DNA of 64,000 nt from a virus (Duplodnaviria > Caudoviricetes): the IMG/VR virus record IMGVR_UViG_3300010149_000008; one strand, given 5' to 3'. Under the pieces are notes generated by a model that made no database searches, was not told where the DNA came from, and saw only the letters and a list, made by a program, of their open reading frames with translations. Position numbers and translations under genes: made by a program. Within the stretch, counting starts at the first letter, position 1. Every line of letters begins with the position of its first letter. Shown piece by piece: positions 10,001 to 18,076 of the stretch.

Positions 10001-11351
10001 ACATGGAATGCTTGCAGAAGATATAATTTCAGGTCAAGATGAACTTGCTCATGCTGATATTGCTGATGCAGATGAGTTAATGATTTCTGATAATGGAACA
10101 ATTAAACGTGTTGGAGTTGATAGCTTAAGAGATCATTACTTTGGAGTTGTAAGCGGAGATATTGCTGTTGCAGATGGTGGTGCAGCTACTATACAGGCAA
10201 ATGCAGTTGAAGGATCAATGTTAAACAACAATGTTGTTTCTGGTCAAGCAGAGCATACTGGAGCAATTGACGATACTGATGAGTTCTTGATATCTGATGC
10301 TGGAACAATTAAGAGAACAGACTTTAGCGTATTAAGAGACGCAGTTTTTGCTGACGTTAGTGGCGATGCTACAGTAGCAGCAGGTGGAGCTTTGACAATT
10401 GCAGCAGGTGCAGTTGAAAATTCAATGTTAGCAAATGATCACATTACAGTTGCAGGCGATAGCGGTAGCCAAGACATTCACCTTAACGATACATTGACAA
10501 TTAGTGGTACTGCTGGCGAAATTGAAACATCAGTTTCTGGTGACACAATAACTATCGGACTACCAGATAATGTAGATGTTGATGGTACATTTACTGCAGC
10601 TGGATTATCTTCTCTTGACGGTGGTGTTAATATTAATGACCAAGTTACTATTGCTTCAAATAACGGAGACTATCTAAGTACAAACGGAGATTTAACTTTA
10701 ACAAACGGAAACTTAACACTAACATCAGGTGATCTTGAAGTCGGAGGTGATCTAACAGTTTCTAGCGCACTTTCAAGCAACGGAACAGAGCTTACTATTA
10801 AAGACTCACACGTTCTTTTTGCTAGCTCTGGCGCGAATAATATTTCTGCCGGCCAGACTTTTGATATGGGTTTTTATGCTAAGAGAGACTCTGCTAGCGC
10901 TTCATCTCATGTTGGCTTAATTTACGACAATGAAACTTCTGGAGCAAAGTGGAGACTACATGAAGGCCTTTCAGCACCAAATGGAATTACTGGTAAATTT
11001 GATTTTTCTGGGTCTACTGCTTCAACTTTAGAAGTCGGAGGCTTATTAGTTGTAAAAACAGCATCTTCTTCAAATCAAGATACCTCATCAGGAAACTTTA
11101 CTTCAAATGTAGCTTCTATTTCACATACTTTAACTCTTGATGGTGCATTGGCAAATGAAGCTGCAGAATCAATAACTGTAACGAGCGATAAAGTTTTAGC
11201 AACAAGTGTAGTATTAGGAAGTTCTAATAAAAACGCAAACATTAGAATACACACAGTTCAAGCAGGATCGTTTATTTGTGAAATAACAAACAAATCAGGT
11301 TCAGACTTTACAGATGACTCTACTATTGTTTTAAACTTTGTAGTAATGTAA
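7086..11351 (+). CDS. Long tail fibre-like protein 2
   Basis: 1421 aa, Gly/Ala/Asp/Thr-rich. P..D.THDLG....W..LH motif x2, GNLTVNG.TTT..(S)T x2, three tandem units of about 70 aa. Good SD (GAAAGGGA). Confidence 0.8.
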   Translation: MSALKPDVDGTHDLGTSALRWRALHVDTITTATAAQGGSDCTVGTNLVVTGNLTVNGDTTTLSTTNLVIEDKTITLANGAADSAAADGAGISVDGASATLIYDHTGTQWEFNKPLEVQGNVLPQADATHDLGSTSLGWNDLHLGSGGVINFNDGDVTATHSANLLTVTGGNTRVDRLEIDSADDHIDVNTDLTLTASAGIVLDAVTDIVLDADGDDITFKAGAGDSTGLKWSQSNSGDWTNLVGTQDKDLIFQVNDGGAATEVMRLDGDVSSLLMAGTKKITFGDAGSFVHQSADGKLAISSDGAVADAVVVTSSNAAGGIDIDAGTGGVSIDSTGAFSIDGAAASNISVATDSDAEDLTISVTGDTNSSLVLSSSGTAADALSILTSAGGMDITVAGAAAGEDLDITSNTSININATETQPNAITLLATNGGIMLDSALKIDINSTGGVINIGNQDNSQNINIGTDGDRTINIGVDNHSNTIDLSAQTLTLDAGSSGFTMDGAAASSVSTSDGALTVNGKTGLNLQEDGTSVIAIDTNRDVLFSQTGGSTGDPDVEFDGYVRFDGSSEFDGAVQVDGTLTANAAVSVQSTLTVGEDDTGYDVKLFGATSGQYLLWDESRDELVLAGDTKLSFHDDSSSGGENIVASADGHLEVNAGTTLDMTAPTVDINATAVTIDTDTVTVGSANASDPLFVLKNTTNDADGARLRFVKDKGAAGAQGDDAGVIQFFADNAAQQQTEFARVTAEVQTATDGQEGGKLSLSVAEHDGTMTAGLVLTEGSTDGVIDVSIGAGTGSTTTIAGNLTVNGTTTTVNSTTVQVDDKNIELGVGSANDAAADGGGITLKSGDGDKTFNWINSTSSWTSSEDLDLVNGKHLSIAGTTVLTADGVAKVQSGVAGAGLSHTDGVLALDIDELNALGGTGIDQADHFVFSDGGTEKKITFSNLEDAIFANVSGDATVAAGGALTIAAGAIEHGMLAEDIISGQDELAHADIADADELMISDNGTIKRVGVDSLRDHYFGVVSGDIAVADGGAATIQANAVEGSMLNNNVVSGQAEHTGAIDDTDEFLISDAGTIKRTDFSVLRDAVFADVSGDATVAAGGALTIAAGAVENSMLANDHITVAGDSGSQDIHLNDTLTISGTAGEIETSVSGDTITIGLPDNVDVDGTFTAAGLSSLDGGVNINDQVTIASNNGDYLSTNGDLTLTNGNLTLTSGDLEVGGDLTVSSALSSNGTELTIKDSHVLFASSGANNISAGQTFDMGFYAKRDSASASSHVGLIYDNETSGAKWRLHEGLSAPNGITGKFDFSGSTASTLEVGGLLVVKTASSSNQDTSSGNFTSNVASISHTLTLDGALANEAAESITVTSDKVLATSVVLGSSNKNANIRIHTVQAGSFICEITNKSGSDFTDDSTIVLNFVVM
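9942..10412 (+). repeat. Perfect 54-bp direct repeat within a tandem array of about 70-aa units
   Basis: AGTGGCGATGCTACAGTAGCAGCAGGTGGAGCTTTGACAATTGCAGCAGGTGCA is identical at 9942-9995 and 10359-10412. A diverged unit lies between them (SGDIAVADGGAATIQANA). Confidence 0.95.
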
Positions 11352-11360
11352 TAAATAGTT

Positions 11361-11394
11361 TTATAAATTGACCTTATTTTTATTATAATATTAT
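11361..11394 (+). promoter_or_regulatory. Possible sigma70-type promoter for the non-structural cassette
   Basis: Perfect TATAAT at 11384-11389 and TTGACC at 11368-11373, but their spacing is only 10 nt. The hexamer at 17-nt spacing (TTATAA, 11361) is a poor -35. Weak in AT-rich DNA. Confidence 0.25.
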
Positions 11395-11411
11395 TGAAAG
11401 TGAGGTCAATT

Positions 11412-12245
11412 ATGACTATATTGAAAGAGCATGTCTCTTATTCTGAAGTTCGTCAATGGAAGGAATGCTCTTGGCGACATAAGTTGTTATACGTAGAAAA
11501 ACTTTCTACTTTTGAAGAAAGTCCTCATTTACATTATGGAACAATAATCCATGATGCATGCGAGCATTTCCTTAAAACAAAAGAGCTTAAAATAGAAGAA
11601 GCTAAAGAAAAGATAAAAGTAGCTTGGGATGAACACGGTTTTGACTCAGAAGACTTTATTCAATTGCAAAGTCAAAAAGCACAGTTGCAAGGATGGAAAT
11701 ATAAACACAACAAGCTAAAAGACTGGCTTGATTGGACAGCAGCAAGTTTAAACTCAATACTTTCTTTTATGGATGAAACATTCCCAGGATGGGAGTGCGT
11801 TTCAGCTGAGGAAGCTTTGTATGAGCGAATAGATAATATTGATACAAAGTTTAAAGGGTATATCGATTGTATTATAAAAATACCATATAAAGACGACTTT
11901 AAGTATTGGGTATTAGACTGGAAGACTTCTAGCGGTAGAGGTTGGTCATTGGACAAGCAAAGAGACTTTAACGTACAGGCTCAAGTAATACTTTATAAGG
12001 ACTATTGGGGAAGAAAAAACAATATTGAACTAAAAAATATACAATGCGGATTTATTTTACTTAAAAAAGTAAAAACAATAGGTAAATCATGCCAGTTAAT
12101 TAAAGTTTCAAGTGGTCCTAAAAACCTTGAAAAAGCTTCTAAGTTGGTAAGAAGCATGATAAAAAACGTTGAAAATAAATTTTATTTAAAAAATAGAAAT
12201 TCCTGCATGTTTTGTGAATTTAAAAATACAGTTCACTGCAGGTAA
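11412..12245 (+). CDS. PD-(D/E)XK (RecB/AddB/Cas4-like) exonuclease with predicted 4Fe-4S cluster
   Basis: HVSYSE..W..C, YGTIIH, FKGYIDC, VLDWKT, Q...Y and C-terminal CMFCEFKNTVHC (1+3 Cys iron-staple arrangement). The ATG at 11412 with GAGG upstream is preferred over the TTG at 11394. Confidence 0.85.
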   Translation: MTILKEHVSYSEVRQWKECSWRHKLLYVEKLSTFEESPHLHYGTIIHDACEHFLKTKELKIEEAKEKIKVAWDEHGFDSEDFIQLQSQKAQLQGWKYKHNKLKDWLDWTAASLNSILSFMDETFPGWECVSAEEALYERIDNIDTKFKGYIDCIIKIPYKDDFKYWVLDWKTSSGRGWSLDKQRDFNVQAQVILYKDYWGRKNNIELKNIQCGFILLKKVKTIGKSCQLIKVSSGPKNLEKASKLVRSMIKNVENKFYLKNRNSCMFCEFKNTVHCR

Positions 12246-12258
12246 AGGAAGAGAATAA

Positions 12259-13512
12259 TTGAACGTAAAAACAAAAATACTTTTGATATCAGATCATTTG
12301 CAACATAACACAGGAGTTGCAGTACAATCAAAGCACTTAGTTGAAGGCTTAATTGAAACAGGCAAGTATGAAGTTGTACAGCTTGGCGCAGCTATTTATC
12401 ACGAAAATCATGAACCAGTAAAAGTAAGTAATGACTTAAATATAATTCCTGTCAACGGATTTGGAGACAGAGACACAATTAGGTCTATGCTTGTTTCATA
12501 TGTTCCTGATGTACTTATTATTTTTTCTGATGGTAGATTTTTCAATCATATCTTTGAAATGGAAGATGAAATTCATCAAGTTTGCCCTATAATGTGGTGG
12601 CACGTTTGGGATAATAGGCCAGCACCTCATTTTAACAAGAAAAAGTATGATTGTATTGATAAAATTAATTGTATATCTGATTTAACTTACGATTTATGTA
12701 AAATAGTTACATGTAACGACAATAAAGTCGATTATATTCCACATACAGTCCCAGAAAATATTTTTAAAAAATTAACAGAAAAAGAAATTTCGTATCATAA
12801 AGAAAAAATTCTTGGAGTTCATAAAGATAGTTTTGTTTGTACTTGGGTCAATAGAAACATAAGAAGAAAAAGACCATCAGATGTATTAAAATCTTGGCAA
12901 ATGTTTTTATTTAGTTTAGAAGAAAAAACAACAAAAAAAGAAGCAATTCTTATTATGCACACTGATCCTTATGATAGTGCAGGAGCAAACTTACTAGAAG
13001 TTGCTAAGTATCTAGGAATATTAGAAAATGTAAGGTTTTCTGATCAAGAGGCAAGCTTTGAAAAACTAAATATATTGTATAATATTAGTGATACAGTTTT
13101 AAACATATCACAAGCAGAAGGCTTTGGTCTAACTACATTAGAAGCAATGTCAGCAGGAGTTCCTATTATAGCAACAAAAACTGGCGGATTGACTAGACAA
13201 TTAATAGATAAAGAAACTTTAGTTATAAACGGAATAGCTCTAAAGCCAGAAGTAACAACAATTTCAGGCACACAATGTACACCTTATCTAAACGAAGACT
13301 TTGTGTCTGTAGAGAAAGTATCTATGGCAATTATGAAAATGTATAGTATCGGAAGCAAGAAAAGAAAAGAAATTGGTCTAACAGCAAAGAACTATGTTAA
13401 TAAAAGTTTTTCTTACAATAAAATGATAAGACAGTGGGATGAATCAATTAGTGAAACTTTATCTTTATGGAAAGAAAATTATAAAAGAATAAAAGTAGAG
13501 GAAATTTTATAA
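12259..13512 (+). CDS. GT-B glycosyltransferase (GT4-like, Glycos_transf_1)
   Basis: N-terminal KILLISDH...TGVA, NRNIRRKR, C-terminal SQAEGFGLTTLEAMSAGVPIIAT (EX7E motif). Confidence 0.9.
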   Translation: MNVKTKILLISDHLQHNTGVAVQSKHLVEGLIETGKYEVVQLGAAIYHENHEPVKVSNDLNIIPVNGFGDRDTIRSMLVSYVPDVLIIFSDGRFFNHIFEMEDEIHQVCPIMWWHVWDNRPAPHFNKKKYDCIDKINCISDLTYDLCKIVTCNDNKVDYIPHTVPENIFKKLTEKEISYHKEKILGVHKDSFVCTWVNRNIRRKRPSDVLKSWQMFLFSLEEKTTKKEAILIMHTDPYDSAGANLLEVAKYLGILENVRFSDQEASFEKLNILYNISDTVLNISQAEGFGLTTLEAMSAGVPIIATKTGGLTRQLIDKETLVINGIALKPEVTTISGTQCTPYLNEDFVSVEKVSMAIMKMYSIGSKKRKEIGLTAKNYVNKSFSYNKMIRQWDESISETLSLWKENYKRIKVEEIL

Positions 13513-14741
13513 TGAAAGTAATTATAAGTGGTCCTCTTCTAAGCATGTCTGGATACGGAAATCATGCCAGACAAGTTCTTGACTTTGTTTTTGAAAAGCA
13601 TAAAAATGACGAAATATTTTGTGATGTGACTAGTTGGGGTAACACTAACTGGAACTTGACAAAAGACTTTTTGTCAAAAAGCGTTTTTGATAAAATAATC
13701 AATAATTTTATATCTGAAGCTGACATAAACAGACTAGCAGATAAAAATACTCCCTACTTTAACGTATCATATCAGATATGTTTTCCAGATCAATGGTCTA
13801 CAAGAATAGCAAAACATAATATTGGTTTTTTTGCAGGAATTGAAACTACAATTTGTTGCGAAAAGTGGATCGATCAAATTAATTTAATGGACAAAGTTGT
13901 AGTACCTTCAGCTCACGCTTTAAACTCAATAAACAACGCAGTCAAGCATTACTACTGCCAGAAGCTAGACACTGAAGTCTGTGTTATTCCTGAGTGGTTC
14001 TACGATGATTTTTCTATCGAAACTACAGTTGACATATGTAGTCTAAAAGAAGTTAAAACAGAGAACAACGTATTGATCATAGGACAGCTAAACAAAATAA
14101 ACCCGGAAACTGATAGGAAAAATATTCTGAATACATTAGAAGCTTCAATATTAGCTTTGAAAGGTACAGAGTGGGGAATAATTTTAAAAATGTTTACTGA
14201 GAACAATTCATGTTTTGATTTTTATAAAACTAAAAAAATATTAAAGACTTATATCGATCTTACTTTTAAAGATGTAAAATTACCAAAAGTTTATCTTGTT
14301 CACGGTAATATGAAAAATAAAGAAATTAAAGAACTGTACAGTAGCAGTAAAGTTAAGTGTTTGGTTTCTGGTACAAGAGGCGAAGGATTTGGTTTAACTT
14401 TTTTAGAGGCAGCTGCAAGTGGAATACCTATTGTTGCAACAAAATGGTCAGCTTATGACGAGTATCTAGACTATTATCTTGGTGTAGACTTTGACTTAGT
14501 AAATATACCTACATCATTAAGCAATGTAAAAAATGAATTCGAAGTTTACTCAAATATATGGGTTGAAAATTCAAAATGGGCTGAGTTTAACAAGAAAAGC
14601 ATGATAGATAGTATTATAAAAGTTACAAAAAAAGATTTTAACAGCGTTAAAATATTAAATCAGAAAAAATCTATTTTAAACAAATACTCGAAAAATTCAA
14701 TAATGTGTATTTACAATAAACAACTTGGCAGGCAATACTAA
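13512..14741 (+). CDS. Second GT-B glycosyltransferase (GT4-like)
   Basis: SGYGNHAR at the N-terminus; TRGEGFGLTFLEAAASGIPIVAT motif; TAATG overlap with the first GT. Confidence 0.88.
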   Translation: MKVIISGPLLSMSGYGNHARQVLDFVFEKHKNDEIFCDVTSWGNTNWNLTKDFLSKSVFDKIINNFISEADINRLADKNTPYFNVSYQICFPDQWSTRIAKHNIGFFAGIETTICCEKWIDQINLMDKVVVPSAHALNSINNAVKHYYCQKLDTEVCVIPEWFYDDFSIETTVDICSLKEVKTENNVLIIGQLNKINPETDRKNILNTLEASILALKGTEWGIILKMFTENNSCFDFYKTKKILKTYIDLTFKDVKLPKVYLVHGNMKNKEIKELYSSSKVKCLVSGTRGEGFGLTFLEAAASGIPIVATKWSAYDEYLDYYLGVDFDLVNIPTSLSNVKNEFEVYSNIWVENSKWAEFNKKSMIDSIIKVTKKDFNSVKILNQKKSILNKYSKNSIMCIYNKQLGRQY

Positions 14742-15055
14742 TGTTTTACACTTCAATTGCAATTTTATTTTTAATATCAGTGATTTCTTTGTACTTTTGT
14801 ATAAAGTTTGCAATGATTATAATAAGCATGCAAGAAGTAATTGAAGAATCACTGGATATTATTGATGAAAAATATAATAATTTAAGTAAAATCTTAGACA
14901 TTCCTTTATTTCATAACAACACAGAAATAAAAAATGCGATAAGAGAAGTTCAAGAAACTCGAGATGTATTACTTTATATTGCTAACCAACTTGTTAAAGA
15001 TAAAAAAACTTTAAAAGAAGAGGTTAGCAACATTGAAGTCAAAGAAAACTCGTAA
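14741..15055 (+). CDS. Small membrane-anchored coiled-coil protein (hypothetical)
   Basis: Hydrophobic N-terminal segment (SIAILFLISVISLYFCIKFAMIII) followed by a helical charged region. Confidence 0.6.
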   Translation: MFYTSIAILFLISVISLYFCIKFAMIIISMQEVIEESLDIIDEKYNNLSKILDIPLFHNNTEIKNAIREVQETRDVLLYIANQLVKDKKTLKEEVSNIEVKENS

Positions 15056-15824
15056 AAGGCAGCTAGATGGCGTCGGCACCTTAGAAGAGTCTAATAGTTT
15101 AAAAGACAAAACAGCTGTAAAAAAGAAAAAGAAAAAAAATTATTATTTTGGTATTGATGTTCAAAATAAAATAGTAGAATATCAAATAACTGAATGTATG
15201 AAGAAAAAAGAAAAGATTTATGAAGAGTCTATAAATCCAGCATTTACTGAGTTAGTTAACAGCTTAGTCGCTGTTTATGGTTTTAAGTCTTCAAATGAAG
15301 ATATAATGCATCTTAAAGCAGACTGCGTTTCTTTTCTATATGAAACATTATATAAGTGGAGTCCTGAAAAGAAGTCTAAAGCTTTTTCTTACTTTAATGT
15401 TGTAGCAAAAAACTGGTTAACAATCCAGTCGCGAAGACTCTTAAAAAATGTAAGAAGAAGTGCATACATTGATGATCCTCATGCATTATCAGCTGCTGAA
15501 AAGTCTGAGTTGTTTGATCAAGAGTATGTAGATGCAGAAGTTGCATTAGCTGAGTCTCTTGTCAGGTTTGATAAAATTATTGAAATGATTACTTATATTG
15601 AAGGTCATCTTAAAGATGAAAGGGATATAAGATGTTGCTTAGCTGTCAAAAAAGTATTTAATAGCATTGAAGACTTAGAGTTTTTTAATAAAAGAGCAAT
15701 ATTCGTTTATCTTAGAGAAATTTCTGGACTAAATAGTACAGAGTTAAGCTCTTCTCTTTCTAGCATAAGAAAGATATATAGAAAAGTTGCAGGACCAGAC
15801 AAGATGTTTGATATATTTGGATAG
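15033..15824 (+). CDS. Late-transcription sigma factor-like protein (T4 gp55-like)
   Basis: KKNYYF, CVSFLYETLYKWSPEKKSKAFSYFNVVAKNWL resembles the sigma region 2 core of gp55-type factors. 263 aa with a helical C-terminus. Family assignment is by motif recall only. Confidence 0.65.
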   Translation: MKSKKTRKRQLDGVGTLEESNSLKDKTAVKKKKKKNYYFGIDVQNKIVEYQITECMKKKEKIYEESINPAFTELVNSLVAVYGFKSSNEDIMHLKADCVSFLYETLYKWSPEKKSKAFSYFNVVAKNWLTIQSRRLLKNVRRSAYIDDPHALSAAEKSELFDQEYVDAEVALAESLVRFDKIIEMITYIEGHLKDERDIRCCLAVKKVFNSIEDLEFFNKRAIFVYLREISGLNSTELSSSLSSIRKIYRKVAGPDKMFDIFG

Positions 15825-15839
15825 AAAGGTTAATTTAAC

Positions 15840-16214
15840 ATGAGTAATCATATAGAAAAAGTTTTAGATAAAGTTGAAAAAAACGAGAAAAAAGAAGATA
15901 GTATTAAAAATTTTGCTGATATTTTAGATAATATTGATTCTCTGGAAGACAAAAAAAAGCTGCTCTGGAAAGAAATATATGAAAATGCTCTTGAAGATAG
16001 AGAAAAATCTAAAATGCTGTTTAATGATGCTTATATTTCAATGCAAGGTGGTGTAAATGAGCACATGAACATAGGTGCAATTATGTCAAAATATATTGAA
16101 AGAATGAGCAAATCAAACGATCAAATACTTAAACTAGCTGAACTAATAGCTAAAGAAGAAGAAAAGTCAGAAACTATTAGCGAAGATGAAATATTTGGAA
16201 AGATAAACGGTTGA
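15840..16214 (+). CDS. Helical hypothetical protein (possible terminase small subunit)
   Basis: 124 aa, all-helical (YIERMSKSNDQILKLAELIAKEE), good SD. Function is inferred only. Confidence 0.35.
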   Translation: MSNHIEKVLDKVEKNEKKEDSIKNFADILDNIDSLEDKKKLLWKEIYENALEDREKSKMLFNDAYISMQGGVNEHMNIGAIMSKYIERMSKSNDQILKLAELIAKEEEKSETISEDEIFGKING

Positions 16215-16218
16215 TAGA

Positions 16219-18042
16219 ATGTTAAGCTCAGGCTTTGTTGTTCATTATATAAGGGACTACTCTGTTTCTTCTATAGAAAAAACAAAATCAATATTAAGTG
16301 AATATTTAAGCAGCGGAATTTTAAACCCTAAAGTTGAAACAGGTGATAGTTTAGATAACTTTACTGAAAATTTGCCAATTGGGACTGTTATATGTATTGA
16401 TATAACAGATACTAAAACAAAAACCGCTTATGTTTGTTTGCCTATGCTTTCTACACACATTTCTCTTCCTGTTAAGCCAGGTGAAATAGTGTGGTTTTAT
16501 AAAAATCAAACACCTACATTTGATGATACATCTAAGAAAGCGCATCCGATGCTTTCAATTGAAAACTATTGGCTTTCTAGAAAAGTTGGTAGCAGAGTTT
16601 CTGAAGATTTGTCTTTTGCTTTTTTATCTCGTGACGTTAGTATAAGTAATAAGCTACAAACAAAAGATACAAACTTAAAAGGCTTAGAAAGCAAAAAAAC
16701 AGATATAAAAAAAAGAAATAAAAAGTTAAAGATAGAAGAAGACAAAAAAATAAAGCTTCCTGACTACAAAATACCAGAAACTTACACTAACAAATATCCT
16801 TTCTTGAAAGACGAAGAAATTTCTAATGTATATAATAATTCTAAAAAAAGCTTAGATGTTTATCCAACAGCAGTGCCTAGATGGAATTCAAAACCTTTTG
16901 AATTAACTTTACAAGGATCTAATAACTCTTTAATTAATTTAACAAAAACTTTTTCTAATGAATTATCTCATGAGTCTAGCGGCGCAATTGACTTAGTTGC
17001 AGGTAGGCATATGTTAGAAGATTATACGGATTATGAAGAAGAAGACTTTTTTAGTTTAAATGAAAAAGTCGTTCAAAATCAATCAGACGTTGAAAAAAGA
17101 AAAATCGATAAGCTATCTATTAACAAGTCTAGTGCTTATTTAAAAATTAAAAACTTAACTGGTGACAAAGAAGTTTTAAAAAACCAAAAATTTTACTTCG
17201 GTGAAGATTTTAAAAAAGAAAGCTTAAATGCTGAAGGTGAAAATAATTTTAAAAACGATGCTTCTAGAATTTACATAACTGAATTTGATAATTTGGATAA
17301 CAACGTCTATTATAATGCTATGAACATTTTGTTTCATAATCAAATAAACATTAGCGCTAGTGAAACTGACTTACTTTATACAGAAAAAAAATATTTTATA
17401 GATGAAAAAAATGTCGCTGGAAAAAACTTTCCTTCAACAACAATAAAAAAAAGCACTAGCAGTCTACCTAGTGTACTAATAAAGTCTAATGACATTAGAA
17501 TTATTGCAAGAAAAAGCAAAGAAAGTAAAGAAAAGTCTTTAGAAGAAGGTTCAATAAGGTTGATTAAGGAAAGTAATAGCTTTTATAACTCTTCTTGTGT
17601 TATGCTAGAAAAAGATGGAAAAGTTTTTATAGACGGAAGCATAATTCACTTAGGTAGCTTTCAAAAAGAAGTAGAAAGATCAAAAACTAATTTAGAAAGT
17701 GAAGAAGACATACAAAAAATGTCAGGAAATGGATATGGCTTATTGATAGGCTATGAACCTAAACTTTCTGAACCTTTGGTTTTAGGCAATACTTTAGAAG
17801 CAATGCTTAAAGAAATGATAAATGTCAACATAAAGTTAATTGATGAAATTAAAAAACTTTCAGATGATTTATCAAAGCATACTCATCTAGGAATTCCAAT
17901 AACAGGTATATCTGGACCTCCTCAAGTTCCTTTGCCTTATACAAATTTTTCTGGAAATGAGCATAAAAACATAAAAAAAAGATATGAGGATCTTCAAAAA
18001 GGTTTGAAAGACATGCTTTCAAAATTTGCAAAAACAACTTAA
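16219..18042 (+). CDS. Baseplate central spike/hub-like protein (gp5/gpV-like)
   Basis: N-terminal OB-fold-like segment (CLPMLSTHISLPVKPGEIVWF), beta-repeat-like stretch (CVMLEKDGKVFIDGSIIHLG), C-terminal SKHTH...SGPP. Directly upstream of gp25 and gp6. Confidence 0.6.
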   Translation: MLSSGFVVHYIRDYSVSSIEKTKSILSEYLSSGILNPKVETGDSLDNFTENLPIGTVICIDITDTKTKTAYVCLPMLSTHISLPVKPGEIVWFYKNQTPTFDDTSKKAHPMLSIENYWLSRKVGSRVSEDLSFAFLSRDVSISNKLQTKDTNLKGLESKKTDIKKRNKKLKIEEDKKIKLPDYKIPETYTNKYPFLKDEEISNVYNNSKKSLDVYPTAVPRWNSKPFELTLQGSNNSLINLTKTFSNELSHESSGAIDLVAGRHMLEDYTDYEEEDFFSLNEKVVQNQSDVEKRKIDKLSINKSSAYLKIKNLTGDKEVLKNQKFYFGEDFKKESLNAEGENNFKNDASRIYITEFDNLDNNVYYNAMNILFHNQINISASETDLLYTEKKYFIDEKNVAGKNFPSTTIKKSTSSLPSVLIKSNDIRIIARKSKESKEKSLEEGSIRLIKESNSFYNSSCVMLEKDGKVFIDGSIIHLGSFQKEVERSKTNLESEEDIQKMSGNGYGLLIGYEPKLSEPLVLGNTLEAMLKEMINVNIKLIDEIKKLSDDLSKHTHLGIPITGISGPPQVPLPYTNFSGNEHKNIKKRYEDLQKGLKDMLSKFAKTT

Positions 18043-18045
18043 TGT

Positions 18046-18053
18046 ATAATTAA
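18046..18053 (+). promoter_or_regulatory. Candidate late promoter motif
   Basis: ATAATTAA(TAAATA), 31 nt before gp25. Confidence 0.4.
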
Positions 18054-18076
18054 TAAATAAAAAGAAAGTCTTTGAT

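Noticed and set aside
11352-12258. CRISPR-Cas locus around the Cas4-like nuclease
   Set aside because: No repeat-spacer array and no cas1/cas2; the intergenic gaps are too short to hold an array.
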